Source: a virus | Direction: 5' to 3' (one strand) | IMG/VR virus record: IMGVR_UViG_3300035142_000030 | Span: 1-64,000 of that record | DNA length: 64,000 bases | In this document: piece after piece, positions 19,735 to 30,166 of the stretch | How the letters are laid out: every line of letters starts with the position of its first letter | Position numbering within the stretch: the first letter of the stretch is position 1 | Notes under the pieces: generated by a model | Told to the model about the DNA's origin: nothing | Seen by the model: only the letters and a program-made list of their open reading frames with translations | Database searches by the model: none | Program-made: the position numbers and the translations under genes

Positions 19735-21189
19735 ATGACATCAACACCAATAATATACACAGGCAAAGAAGTAGCAGTACCTAATTGGAATGAGTTTAAT
19801 AGGAACTTCAATGCTCGTATGGCTCAAATAAGTCAACAAAGGCAACAACAGAGACAATTTGAACAACTACAAAAAGAAAGACGAAGAAAAGAGTTCTTTG
19901 AAAGTTTAGATATTGATCAGTTTAACTTTACAAGCGAGAACTTAAAATCTAAACAATATCAAGTTGTAAAGGGTGTTGAGGATTATATTACAAATACTCT
20001 TAAACAAAGTGATGGAGATTTATCTGATGAAGATTTATTAAAATCAAGAATGCTTTCAGGGAGAGCCCAACAAGAAATACAGAAATATGCTAATTGGGAA
20101 AAGAATTGGAAAGTAGACTTACAAGCAGCACAGGATAGCTTAGGAGTATTATATGACGAAGAAAAAGTTAAAGAACTTATTGCTGGTTGGGATGGTAACA
20201 CACCTTATAAAAAATCAAGATTAGAACAAGCTTTTAGAGATGTATCTCCAGAAGAAATTAGAGCAAGAAGATTCCAAAAAACACAAGACCCTAATTATAT
20301 AAATGTAGTAGGACGCATGAACGGTAAAGACGTTCAAGGAAGAGAACAATATGACGAAGCTTATTATAACAAAAGAGTAGATGAAGACGGTAATGAATAT
20401 CTTGTGCCAGACTATAGAGCTCAGGTTGGATTTTTAAAGTCAATGACAGTAGAAGAAGAAGAGCAAGGATTGTTGGCAGAGAGAGCATACGATAAACAGT
20501 TTAATTCTTTAGGGGATGATCTTAAAAAGACATATATAGAAAAAGCTAAGGGATTAGGATTAGGAGAGGATGATGCTAAATATGTATATGAATTAGATCA
20601 AGCGGGAGGAGCATATTTTTCACAGCCTACTAAATTTAAGGCTACAGAAAAACAAGACCCTAAGACAGGAGGTAAAGATAAACGAACAGTCATAGATGTA
20701 ACGTCAGGAAGTGGTCAATTTGGAGATAAGTCTATAGTATCATCAGGTACTAAAATGTACTTTGATAAAGAAGGGAATAAGAAAAAAGGAACATTTAGAA
20801 GAGGAGATTTAGTATATACAGATATTGAATGGGCAAAAAATCCAGAAACAGGAGATGAGGAATGGATGGTTAAAGGATATATCCCTAAAGCAGGAGAGAT
20901 AGACATTCCAGAAGACGCATCAGAATCAGAATTAGTAAGAGCTATACTACAAGCATCTGCTATTAAGGGTGAACGTGCAGTAGAAGAAGTAAGAATACCT
21001 TACGAGTTCATTAAAGAAGAGATGGATAGAAACTATAGGTTAGAAGGTATGGATGATTTTGAGCCACTTACAACTACCTATGTTTATAATGGTGCAGAAT
21101 ATAGTGAAGATGAAATACGACAAGCAGCAGATGCGTTAGATATGTCTGTTGATGCGTATGTAAAAAAATACAAGATAAAGACTCAATAA
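19735..21189 (+). CDS. Putative internal virion/ejection protein (start re-called to MTSTPII)
   Basis: The in-frame ATG at 19735 has an A-rich leader and avoids overlap with the upstream gene; Q-rich coiled coil. Confidence 0.55.
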   Translation: MTSTPIIYTGKEVAVPNWNEFNRNFNARMAQISQQRQQQRQFEQLQKERRRKEFFESLDIDQFNFTSENLKSKQYQVVKGVEDYITNTLKQSDGDLSDEDLLKSRMLSGRAQQEIQKYANWEKNWKVDLQAAQDSLGVLYDEEKVKELIAGWDGNTPYKKSRLEQAFRDVSPEEIRARRFQKTQDPNYINVVGRMNGKDVQGREQYDEAYYNKRVDEDGNEYLVPDYRAQVGFLKSMTVEEEEQGLLAERAYDKQFNSLGDDLKKTYIEKAKGLGLGEDDAKYVYELDQAGGAYFSQPTKFKATEKQDPKTGGKDKRTVIDVTSGSGQFGDKSIVSSGTKMYFDKEGNKKKGTFRRGDLVYTDIEWAKNPETGDEEWMVKGYIPKAGEIDIPEDASESELVRAILQASAIKGERAVEEVRIPYEFIKEEMDRNYRLEGMDDFEPLTTTYVYNGAEYSEDEIRQAADALDMSVDAYVKKYKIKTQ

Positions 21190-21192
21190 TAT

Positions 21193-24100
21193 ATGTCTAC
21201 ACAAAAGCCAATATTACCAGGATTAGAAGGAAGCAATGTTTCTAACAAACCAATATTGCCAGGCCTAGATGTAAAAAAAAAAGAATTTACAGAGGAGCAA
21301 TTAAAAGAAGCAGAAACTTCTTTAAAGGGATATTCAGTAGTGTCTCAAGAATTAAAATCAGAAGTCCCTTCTATTACTAAAGAATCCACAGAATTAGACA
21401 TTGTTCAAGAACAAATAAAAAACATAACTGATTTACGTGATAAAGCACAAGCAGAAAGAATGTCATATGCTCAGCGTAAGATATCTTTAGAAAGAGAAAA
21501 GAAACAACTAGAGAGACAACTTTCTTCATTGCGTGGATCATTAAGTTCCCCTACAGGAAGAACATCTGTTAAGATAGATAAGTCAAAACAGCAAATACAG
21601 GAGAGATTAAAAGAGATTAATGATGAATTTAAGGTATCAGACCAAGATTTACAAACAACTATAGATAAAGAAAGAGATTTAGAGCAAGCACATGACTTCC
21701 TTAAAAAGTCAGAAACACTACTAGAGCAACCTAATGACAATAGTCTAAAAACATTTAAAGAAGGGTTATTCTCTCCATTAGCTAAAGATTTTTTCACTTT
21801 AGGCGTATCGCAGATGGCTAGTCAATATAATATTATGGATATTGCTAACAAGTACAGAGAAGAGGGAGAAGAGGCTTTATCTAAAGAAGAAAGAGCCACT
21901 CTTGGTGCTTATGGTATGTTTTTATTAGCCAATCAACAGCCGCAGTCGGTTACATTTAATGTTGGTAAAGCAATCGCAGAAATGATCCCTTATATGGCTC
22001 AATTTGCGTTAACAGGTGGAGTAGGAGATTTAGCTAAAGGAGCAACCCAAACGTTACTTAAGGCTGGAACAAAAAAAGGAATACAAAAAGCACTATCTCA
22101 AGGTACTGCATTTGCAGCTGGGGCTCTAGCACGTACGCCATTAATGACAATGACGCAAGAAGGCTATGCTCGACGCAGAACGGGTTTAGTTGAACCTAAA
22201 TTAACAAATGAGGGTATTGAGGGGGAAGTGAAAGCAGGAACGGAAGATAGTGTGGGAGAAGCCGCATATAAGGCATTTGCAACTACATTTGCAGAAGTGT
22301 TTACGGAAGAATTAGGAGGAATTGTTACTAAACCATTAGGTAAATTAGCTAATAGAATAGGTATTAATAGTCTCACTAAGAATATTGATAACGCAATAAT
22401 CTCAAGAATAAAAGATGTTGCTAAATTTAATGGTGTTGTAGGAGAATATTCTGAAGAGCTTATAAATAGTTATTTACAAGCAAGTCTTACTAGAGATCAA
22501 CCTTTATCTGAGGTTTGGAATGGCAAACAGCAATTAGAAACATTATTAACTGTTGGTACTATGGGGTCTTTATTTATGGTAGCGAACGTAACACTTCCTA
22601 AATCAAAAAAGAATAAATCTAAATTATCTGATGAAAGAACAAAGTCATTTGATAAAATTAACGATCAGTATAAAGAAGAAGTTCAAAAGATTTCAGATAT
22701 AGAGGATGTTACCGAGAAGGCTACTGTTATGGAACAATACCTCTATGAAAAGAATATAGAAAGCGATCAACTAAAAAATATAGTAGAATACTTAACTTAT
22801 GATAATACGATTAAATCTATAGATGTAGTAGAGGATGAAATACGCCCAGAAACTAAAATAAAAGCCGACACAGGCACTCAAATAGTTTCCGAAGAAGAAA
22901 CTACCACAGAACAAAAAGAAGCCGTTAAGCAGGCTAAAATTAAAAAAACGGAGGTAAAAGATGTACAAGAGCAAGAAAAAATGCAAGAAGAAGCCTTACA
23001 AAAAGAGCAAGAAATACAAGCGCAAGTAGAGGTTTTAGAGAAAGAGAAAGATAGCTTACAAAAAACTTTAGAAAGAGTTCCTGAAGATCAAAAACCAAAG
23101 ATTGAACGGGAGATAAGTGATGTAAATCAACAAATTGAAACACTTAAAGAAGATGCCGAAAAAATTACACAGGTGCGTCAAGAAGTTACAGAGGAAGTGG
23201 TACAGCGAGAAGAGCAGTTGGGCGATATGCAAAAGCAGCCAAAAGAAGAAGCACAAAAAAAAGTAGAACCTTACAAAACGAAAGAAGAATTTAAAAAAGA
23301 TTTCTTATCAAATGAGGTTATTGGAGAAACAGGCAAGACTATTGCAGAGATTAACTTACAAGATACTAATGTTCCAGGTTTAAAAACTTCAGAAAAGATT
23401 TCTGCTGCTAAGAACTTGCGAGAGGGTAAGATGACTAAGCAAGCAGAGATATTGAAAGACTATCTCAATAAAGCTTTTGAATCTGGCACATTAGAAATAA
23501 TTCCTATAAAAGCAGGAGGCAAATCTGTTAAAACAAATATGCCTATTACTGAAATTGCAAGACCGCAGCAAGTGATTGAAGAAACTCCTTTAACCAACAA
23601 AAGAGCTATGGGGCAAAAAGCTTTAGATTCTAAAGTATTAAATTCAGAAGTTAAAGCTAAAATAAAACAACATGGTATTGATTATTTTGTAAGAGGAGAT
23701 CAAGTAGTAACCGAAGAAGCTAATGAGATAGCAAGAATATATCAGGTTACAGGTAATAGAGATGGATTAAAATCACTTATACTAGATACTACTAATAACA
23801 TAAAAGGCGATACTCGTACAGAATTAGCTGTTGCTTACGCAGAAGAAACTCAAAAATTAGTAGATACAGCTAAGACGGTAGAAGAAAGAAAAGTTTATGA
23901 ACAAGATATAGCTGATGTTTATATAGCAGAGATGGAAGGAGCTACGGAGACAGCAAGAGATTTAAGATCAAAAGTAAGATGGCAGCGTGTTTTACAGAAC
24001 AATCCAGATGTAGTTGTTGAGTACAAAAAGCGTCAAGTTAACAAAGAAAACCAAGAGTTTTTAGAAAAAAACAAAGACGACATAAAAACAGCTAAACAAG

Positions 24101-26958
24101 TTATTGATGAGTATTTAGAGAGTGATGACTTTAAAAAGAAAGTTAGAGAAGCTGTTAAGTTAGAAAAAGGAGAATCTATAACTAAACGTCGAGAAAGAGG
24201 ACAACAAAAAATATCTAGTGCTTTAGATAAATTAGCAAATCTTTCAGGGGCTAAAAAGAATTTTGTAGCAGATAATGATGTAAATACTAATAAGGCAGAT
24301 ATTATTGAAGCTGTTACAGAACTTGCTAGTGGGATATTAGACTTAGGAGTTGCCAATATAGAAGATTTAATTCATAAAATAAAAGTTCAAACGAGAGAAT
24401 ATCTTTCTCCAACAGTTATAGATGATATTAAGGATAAGGTAATAAAAGCCACTGATGCTGAAAACAATCTGCAAGAGAAGAAGCTAACAGCAAAAGATGT
24501 CTTAGATTCTAAAGATATTAAGAAAGTTGTTGATAAGATATATTCAAAGGCATTAAAAGCAAACAGAGCAGACCTTAAACGAATACTCTTAGAATCTATT
24601 GATGTAATATTAGAAGAAGGGAGTATAGATAGCAATGCTTTTCAAGAACTATATGCTAAAGCAGCAGGCAAACCTTATGTAGATACAGAGCTATCCAATG
24701 AAATAAGACAGTCTCAAGAAACCATAAATGATGCAAGAAAGATACGTAATAATATTGAGTCATTACTAGATGAGGCTATTGCCGAAACCAAGAAAGATAG
24801 TCCAGACACAGAGAGACTAAAAAGATTAGAAGATCAAATTAAAATACAACAAAAAGAGTACAAGAAAGCTTATAGAGAGGCAGAAAAAGCTAATGCCAAC
24901 CTATCGAGGATATTTGCTCCAGAGATGACAGGAGCGCAGAAATTAAGTTCTGGTGTCCAGGCAGGACTTATGACGTTTTCTACATTCCTATTAAACCCAT
25001 TAGCTAATATGGTATCTACTATTCCTAGAACTGTAAAGATGTATATAGAATGGGGACTCGATTATGGAATGTATAGATTAGGAACAATAAAAGAAATATG
25101 GTTAGATAAACTAGACAGAAAAAAATATCCAACACTATATAGAACGATAGCTACATTGCCCGATCCTATAATGACAAGAAATGCACCTGCCTTTAGTAAG
25201 TATTATTTTAAAAACATCCCATCAGCAGTTAAGCAATCATTTCAAGATGTACTTACAGGACAAACCCCAGATGATGCCTACGTAAGAGAAATTGCAAGGG
25301 GGCTACATCCTTTAGATGCAGCTATAAGAGTTTATGAGAGATTAATAGGCAAGCGCAAAAGAGATTTTGGAAAACTATTAGGAGATATGTGGGAGTCTAG
25401 TTTAGGAGCTTATGCAGAAGGAGTATTTAGACTTTTAAACTTAGGAGATAAACCATTTAGGATTCCTGCTATGTTAGCAAGATTAAATGAGATTGCAACC
25501 ATTAAAAAGCTAAAAGGGTTAGAGAGGGAGAAATTCTTAATAAATCCTGATGAAGAATCTTTAAACGATGCTGTGCAAACAGGATTAGAATCAACATTCC
25601 AACAAACAACAAAAGCTTCTAAGATGATTATACAAATGAAGAATTGGGGGAATGATTTACCTTCAGACAATCCATTATCTAAAGTAGCTAAAGGGTTTGC
25701 AACATTATTTACTACAACACAAATACCTTTTGTTAAGACATTAGTAAATATAGCCAATGAAGGCGCTAAATACACATTTCCTTGGTATTCTGGAGTATTA
25801 GGGACAAGAGATGTGTTGCGAGGGAATAGACGGGGAGCATTGGATAACTATTCAAAAGCTATTGTAGCAAACATTATAGGAATGGGTATTGCAGAGCTAA
25901 TGGCTACAGGTCTGATGACATTAGGACGAGGAGGAAGAGAAGAAGATGATGATAAGTATAACAGAAGAAAAGTAGAAAAAGCTGAATATGTTGGTGATTA
26001 TGGTGCAAACAGATTAAATATAACAGGTACATTAAGATATTTAGCAGGAGGCAACCCAGAGTGGAGAGATGATGATGTGACGATTAATTATCAAGGATTA
26101 GGAATTATGGGAGTTGCAGCATCAGCTAAAGCAGAAGCATATAGAGGATTATCGCCAGAGGAAATACAAGAACAAGCATGGTTTGATTATACATTAGGAA
26201 TGGCGTGGGGTACGTTGCAGGGGGTGACAGAACAACCATTTTTTACAGGGCCAGCTACATTCTTGAGAGCATTTACAGAAGGAGGATACGCATTAGATAA
26301 TTGGATTCAAAATACATTAAGTGCGTTAAAAGTAGCAGCAATACCAAATACATATGTAGCAATTAATAAATATAGAGATAATAGGATTAGAGAGGTAAGA
26401 GAAAAATATTTAGAACAAACTAAGAGCAAAGGATGGAAGGAAGTTAAGAATAGATTAATATCAGAACTAAAACCAAATTCAGACTTACCAGTTAAGGTAT
26501 CTATTTATGGAGAAGATGTAGAGAGATATAAAGATAAGCAGTGGTGGAATTTGATTGATCCGTTAAAAATTAAAAGACATGAGTCAGACTTTGCTTTTAA
26601 GGTATTTGATTTATACAATAGGACTAAAGATGAATCTGTATTCCCATCATATCCTAAAGCATCTATAAAAGATAAGGACATTAGTAATGAATATGTAAAA
26701 TTAGATGCTAATCTGTATAACAAATACGCAAAAACATTGTTGTCATTTAAAGCTACAATTCTGAAAGCAGTAGTTAATTCTGCTGACTGGGAGCAAATGT
26801 CAGATAATGATAGAGTTGCTGTTTTAAGAAAAATACATGATATGTATATGCGAGAAGGAGAAGCTGGTTACATAATGAAAAAGGTTTTTATCGCACAAAA
26901 TTATGAAGAGCTAAAATTATTAGCAGAAAAACAAAAGAAAGAAAAAGAAGATAATTAA
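21193..26958 (+). CDS. Very large internal virion (cargo/ejection) protein
   Basis: 1921 aa, coiled coils plus hydrophobic A/G-rich segments; last gene of the ejection cluster; no RNAP DxDxD motif recognised. Confidence 0.6.
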   Translation: MSTQKPILPGLEGSNVSNKPILPGLDVKKKEFTEEQLKEAETSLKGYSVVSQELKSEVPSITKESTELDIVQEQIKNITDLRDKAQAERMSYAQRKISLEREKKQLERQLSSLRGSLSSPTGRTSVKIDKSKQQIQERLKEINDEFKVSDQDLQTTIDKERDLEQAHDFLKKSETLLEQPNDNSLKTFKEGLFSPLAKDFFTLGVSQMASQYNIMDIANKYREEGEEALSKEERATLGAYGMFLLANQQPQSVTFNVGKAIAEMIPYMAQFALTGGVGDLAKGATQTLLKAGTKKGIQKALSQGTAFAAGALARTPLMTMTQEGYARRRTGLVEPKLTNEGIEGEVKAGTEDSVGEAAYKAFATTFAEVFTEELGGIVTKPLGKLANRIGINSLTKNIDNAIISRIKDVAKFNGVVGEYSEELINSYLQASLTRDQPLSEVWNGKQQLETLLTVGTMGSLFMVANVTLPKSKKNKSKLSDERTKSFDKINDQYKEEVQKISDIEDVTEKATVMEQYLYEKNIESDQLKNIVEYLTYDNTIKSIDVVEDEIRPETKIKADTGTQIVSEEETTTEQKEAVKQAKIKKTEVKDVQEQEKMQEEALQKEQEIQAQVEVLEKEKDSLQKTLERVPEDQKPKIEREISDVNQQIETLKEDAEKITQVRQEVTEEVVQREEQLGDMQKQPKEEAQKKVEPYKTKEEFKKDFLSNEVIGETGKTIAEINLQDTNVPGLKTSEKISAAKNLREGKMTKQAEILKDYLNKAFESGTLEIIPIKAGGKSVKTNMPITEIARPQQVIEETPLTNKRAMGQKALDSKVLNSEVKAKIKQHGIDYFVRGDQVVTEEANEIARIYQVTGNRDGLKSLILDTTNNIKGDTRTELAVAYAEETQKLVDTAKTVEERKVYEQDIADVYIAEMEGATETARDLRSKVRWQRVLQNNPDVVVEYKKRQVNKENQEFLEKNKDDIKTAKQVIDEYLESDDFKKKVREAVKLEKGESITKRRERGQQKISSALDKLANLSGAKKNFVADNDVNTNKADIIEAVTELASGILDLGVANIEDLIHKIKVQTREYLSPTVIDDIKDKVIKATDAENNLQEKKLTAKDVLDSKDIKKVVDKIYSKALKANRADLKRILLESIDVILEEGSIDSNAFQELYAKAAGKPYVDTELSNEIRQSQETINDARKIRNNIESLLDEAIAETKKDSPDTERLKRLEDQIKIQQKEYKKAYREAEKANANLSRIFAPEMTGAQKLSSGVQAGLMTFSTFLLNPLANMVSTIPRTVKMYIEWGLDYGMYRLGTIKEIWLDKLDRKKYPTLYRTIATLPDPIMTRNAPAFSKYYFKNIPSAVKQSFQDVLTGQTPDDAYVREIARGLHPLDAAIRVYERLIGKRKRDFGKLLGDMWESSLGAYAEGVFRLLNLGDKPFRIPAMLARLNEIATIKKLKGLEREKFLINPDEESLNDAVQTGLESTFQQTTKASKMIIQMKNWGNDLPSDNPLSKVAKGFATLFTTTQIPFVKTLVNIANEGAKYTFPWYSGVLGTRDVLRGNRRGALDNYSKAIVANIIGMGIAELMATGLMTLGRGGREEDDDKYNRRKVEKAEYVGDYGANRLNITGTLRYLAGGNPEWRDDDVTINYQGLGIMGVAASAKAEAYRGLSPEEIQEQAWFDYTLGMAWGTLQGVTEQPFFTGPATFLRAFTEGGYALDNWIQNTLSALKVAAIPNTYVAINKYRDNRIREVREKYLEQTKSKGWKEVKNRLISELKPNSDLPVKVSIYGEDVERYKDKQWWNLIDPLKIKRHESDFAFKVFDLYNRTKDESVFPSYPKASIKDKDISNEYVKLDANLYNKYAKTLLSFKATILKAVVNSADWEQMSDNDRVAVLRKIHDMYMREGEAGYIMKKVFIAQNYEELKLLAEKQKKEKEDN

Positions 26959-26980
26959 GTACAACAAACGATTAACTATT

Positions 26981-26995
26981 AATTTAGTATATTTG
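26981..26995 (+). promoter_or_regulatory. -7 promoter element with AATTTAG extension
   Basis: AATTTAGTATATTTG upstream of 27019. Confidence 0.65.
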
Positions 26996-27018
26996 TAATA
27001 ATTTTAAAATAGATAGAT

Positions 27019-27294
27019 ATGGGTAATGGATTTGGATATATTTTAGCAGGTAGAGGAGGAGTAGTTCCTTACAAAGGTACTACAGAAATAACAGAAACTT
27101 TTTATGGTTTTATTCCTCAACAAGATATGACGCCAACATCATTAAAAGAGCATGGAAGCACAGATAATGTAGTTAAAGCAGGAGTAACCTACAAACAAGG
27201 ACACTTCTATGCAGCAAGAAGCACTTACTTCACAAGTATGGTTATGGCTAATGCGGATGATGAGGTTGATATTGTATTGACTAAAGAACAATAA
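27019..27294 (+). CDS. Small hypothetical (possibly structural) protein
   Basis: 91 aa ORF after a promoter. Confidence 0.55.
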   Translation: MGNGFGYILAGRGGVVPYKGTTEITETFYGFIPQQDMTPTSLKEHGSTDNVVKAGVTYKQGHFYAARSTYFTSMVMANADDEVDIVLTKEQ

Positions 27295-27304
27295 TAGTGA
27301 TATT

Positions 27305-28213
27305 ATGCCAGGAGTTGGAATTATAAATAGAACACCAAGTATATTAAGAGCTGGGGCAGGATTACCTTACCCCACAGAAGGTTTAGAAATACAATTATTA
27401 AACTCAACCTATGAAGATGGTGGTACTACATATTACCGTAATTTATTAGGTCAAGATATTCCTGTAGTTGGAACTGATGGAGGCGATGATATACTTGATT
27501 TTTCAATTTTTAATGACGATAGATTTGATAAAGGGGCAGTAGTAGGTAATAGTTTAGGATTACCAGAATATTATAATAGTCCTTTAGATGATTATTTTTA
27601 TTACGACGACACAAGTCAAACAACAAGAAGATACTGGAAACTGAAAGATTTTCATTATTTTTATGTACAAAGGCAAACTGATATTACACCAAGATTATTA
27701 AATAACGAATTTTTCTTAAAAGCCAAAGCTACCACAGATACAAGTAATGTAATTGACAGTATAAGTGAGTTATTAATATATTCAACCGAACAAACCGATA
27801 ACAACCTTTCTAAACTTAGAAAGTATATAGGTATTCAAGATGATTTTGAAATTAATATTTATGATTTTGGCGGATTTATTACTGACAGTTGGATTGCCAG
27901 AACAGGTGGAAGTATTGATTCAGAATATACAATATCTGGAAATGGAGCGTTTACAAATAATAAAATATTTGCAAGTGGCGTAAAATATAGATTATTAGTA
28001 GCGAGTGATGATTTTTCTAATGTAAACAGTTTTTATGGTTCAGGATCAAGTGGAACAGATTGGTTTTATATAACATCGGATTTTGAAGATAATATATTTG
28101 TAGCTGGTGGTGATGGTGTAGTCGATAGAGGAATAGTTATAAATACATCTGGTCAATTTACCGTAGAAACTATATGTGTATGTCAAATATATGAAAACTA
28201 CTATAAATCATGA
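27305..28213 (+). CDS. Putative structural/fibre protein
   Basis: 302 aa, D/G/S/T/Y-rich, beta-sandwich-like C-terminus. Confidence 0.45.
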   Translation: MPGVGIINRTPSILRAGAGLPYPTEGLEIQLLNSTYEDGGTTYYRNLLGQDIPVVGTDGGDDILDFSIFNDDRFDKGAVVGNSLGLPEYYNSPLDDYFYYDDTSQTTRRYWKLKDFHYFYVQRQTDITPRLLNNEFFLKAKATTDTSNVIDSISELLIYSTEQTDNNLSKLRKYIGIQDDFEINIYDFGGFITDSWIARTGGSIDSEYTISGNGAFTNNKIFASGVKYRLLVASDDFSNVNSFYGSGSSGTDWFYITSDFEDNIFVAGGDGVVDRGIVINTSGQFTVETICVCQIYENYYKS

Positions 28214-28590
28214 GTGGAAACAGAAATTTAAGTATAGAAATAAGAATAAGTGATATATCAAATATACCGCAAACTATAATTGATAAATATGATATTCAAT
28301 TTTCAAGTAAAGAAAATTGTTATATTCTTTGGATACATCCAGATGGATATAAATCATTTGATCGTAAGTTATTACCATATATGCAATATGTAAAAAGTGC
28401 TTACAATCGAAGAACGAAATCAGACCATTTAGATTTATTTATCGAAAGCAAAGAAATTGACGAATATGGAATTATCATCGGAGAAATCAAATATAAAAAT
28501 ATTCGATGGTCAGAGATTATGAATGTTGATTTATCTAAAATATTGCTTAAAAAAGAAATTGAAACGTTACAAAAACAAATGTTTAATTAA
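28210..28590 (+). CDS. Hypothetical protein
   Basis: 126 aa, ATGA overlap. Confidence 0.5.
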   Translation: MSGNRNLSIEIRISDISNIPQTIIDKYDIQFSSKENCYILWIHPDGYKSFDRKLLPYMQYVKSAYNRRTKSDHLDLFIESKEIDEYGIIIGEIKYKNIRWSEIMNVDLSKILLKKEIETLQKQMFN

Positions 28591-28601
28591 TATTATAAAT
28601 T

Positions 28602-28697
28602 ATGAAAAATTTTAAAAAATTAGAAGACGAATTAGAAAAAGAAAAAGAGGGTGAAGATGATAAAAATAATGATGAAGTTGAGCCAGATCCTGATTAA
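28602..28697 (+). CDS. 31-aa acidic peptide MKNFKKLEDELEKEKEGEDDKNNDEVEPDPD
   Basis: Translated by hand; AAATTATG start context; below the track cutoff. Confidence 0.45.
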   Translation: MKNFKKLEDELEKEKEGEDDKNNDEVEPDPD

Positions 28698-29058
28698 TAA
28701 AAAATTAATTTTACTTTTTACTTTTTTGTTTATACTGGGAAGCTATCATTTGCTAATGACATTGGTAAAACTTAATGTATTTAATTTAAATGAAGAAGCT
28801 ATTCCAAAAGTTACGTTTATATTAATAAGATTTTACCATTTTAGTTATAGCATGTTAATAGGTTTAGGAATATCTTTTAAATGGGCAAAAAATATAAACT
28901 GGATTTGGTTATATTTAACATTTAGGATAATTTACACTTTTTCAAGGCTAATACCAATTATAGATGATATTGTTAGTAAGACATTAATAGATGGTTTAAG
29001 TTTTGGAATTTTGATAATAGTGATATTGTTAATTTTCAGAAATGAAAAAAATTGGTAA
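28651..29058 (+). CDS. Multi-pass membrane protein (start uncertain)
   Basis: 3-4 hydrophobic segments. Confidence 0.5.
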   Translation: MKMIKIMMKLSQILINKKLILLFTFLFILGSYHLLMTLVKLNVFNLNEEAIPKVTFILIRFYHFSYSMLIGLGISFKWAKNINWIWLYLTFRIIYTFSRLIPIIDDIVSKTLIDGLSFGILIIVILLIFRNEKNW

Positions 29059-29242
29059 TTTTATATTGAAAAGTTTATACATTTTCATTTTGATGATATT
29101 ATCATTAATTTTGTTTTGGGAATTATACGCTAAAAATTACGTTCAAAAATATATCGATTTTGAATACGGTCACGACATCAAAGAAACTAAGAGTAATAGT
29201 AATTTAATAATTGAAATGTTAAACGATGAGCCCGAAGGATAA
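29042..29242 (+). CDS. Small membrane protein
   Basis: Single N-terminal TM segment. Confidence 0.5.
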   Translation: MKKIGNFILKSLYIFILMILSLILFWELYAKNYVQKYIDFEYGHDIKETKSNSNLIIEMLNDEPEG

Positions 29243-29549
29243 CAGTAGATTGAAAATAATAACTTGGATAGTCGCAATATTTATGCCCTTAATGTTTGCA
29301 ATTCTTGTTGCTTATTTTCCGATAATAAACAACAATTCAAAAGCGGCTACAGAAGCGTTGGTGGGAATCAAAAATTTAGAAAAAAGTCAAGCAAAAGAAT
29401 TTGAAAATATTAACGATCAAATTAACAATGTCAAAACCGATATTAGTATAAATAAACAAAATTTTAGAATAGTTACGGATAAATTGCGAGATCAGGGATT
29501 ATTGAAAAATGTTGTAATAATCGATAGAAGTTTTATTGAAAATAATTAA
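29226..29549 (+). CDS. Membrane-anchored coiled-coil protein (holin-like)
   Basis: N-terminal TM plus coiled coil, directly upstream of the endolysin. Confidence 0.45.
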   Translation: MSPKDNSRLKIITWIVAIFMPLMFAILVAYFPIINNNSKAATEALVGIKNLEKSQAKEFENINDQINNVKTDISINKQNFRIVTDKLRDQGLLKNVVIIDRSFIENN

Positions 29550-29560
29550 AAATAAATAGC

Positions 29561-29935
29561 ATGAATTTATCAAATCATCAATTTGAATTTCTAAAAGATT
29601 TGTCGTCTTTGATTGATTTTATATCAAATGTCAAAAAAATAAAAATAACAGCTACATGGTTGCATAGACCGCAAGAAGTTCAACAACAATTATATAATGA
29701 AGGTTTAACAAAAACATTAGAATCAAATCATTTGTATAGTTGTGCGATTGATTTAAACATTTTTATTGGAAATCGAATTTTAACAAATTTAAGAAAAAAA
29801 GATTTAACAAAAGAAGAAGTTTATTTGTTAAATGAAATTGGTGCTTTTTGGGAAAATTTAAATAAATTAAATCGTTGGGGTGGTTTTTGGAAATCTATTT
29901 ATGACCCTGGTCACTTTGAACGAAATGTTAAATAA
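29561..29935 (+). CDS. Endolysin, peptidase M15 family (L-Ala-D-Glu peptidase-like)
   Basis: R...Q..LY, SNHLYSCAIDL and RWGGFW...DPGHFE Zn-peptidase motifs. Confidence 0.88.
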   Translation: MNLSNHQFEFLKDLSSLIDFISNVKKIKITATWLHRPQEVQQQLYNEGLTKTLESNHLYSCAIDLNIFIGNRILTNLRKKDLTKEEVYLLNEIGAFWENLNKLNRWGGFWKSIYDPGHFERNVK

Positions 29936-29956
29936 TATAAAAAAATATATAATGAC

Positions 29957-30166
29957 ATGAAAAACGCAATGAAGGATTGGATCACTAATATAGTAGCTAT
30001 ATTATTATGGGGAATTAGTACATATGCTTATTTCTTTACCGATAAAGAAATGAAGTTCTTAGTTTATATTGGAGTGATGATGTTAGGTTTTTCTTTTTTG
30101 TTTATAGATTCTAAACAAATAAGAGCATTAATTATTAAGTTTGTAAATAAGAGAATAGAATCATGA
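29957..30166 (+). CDS. Holin candidate
   Basis: 69 aa, two TM segments, basic C-terminus, MKNAMK possible dual start, next to the endolysin. Confidence 0.6.
   Translation: MKNAMKDWITNIVAILLWGISTYAYFFTDKEMKFLVYIGVMMLGFSFLFIDSKQIRALIIKFVNKRIES

Noticed and set aside
2160-26723. Minus-strand ORFs within the structural module
   Set aside because: Shadow frames fully overlapping long plus-strand genes, with S/L/F-rich antisense composition
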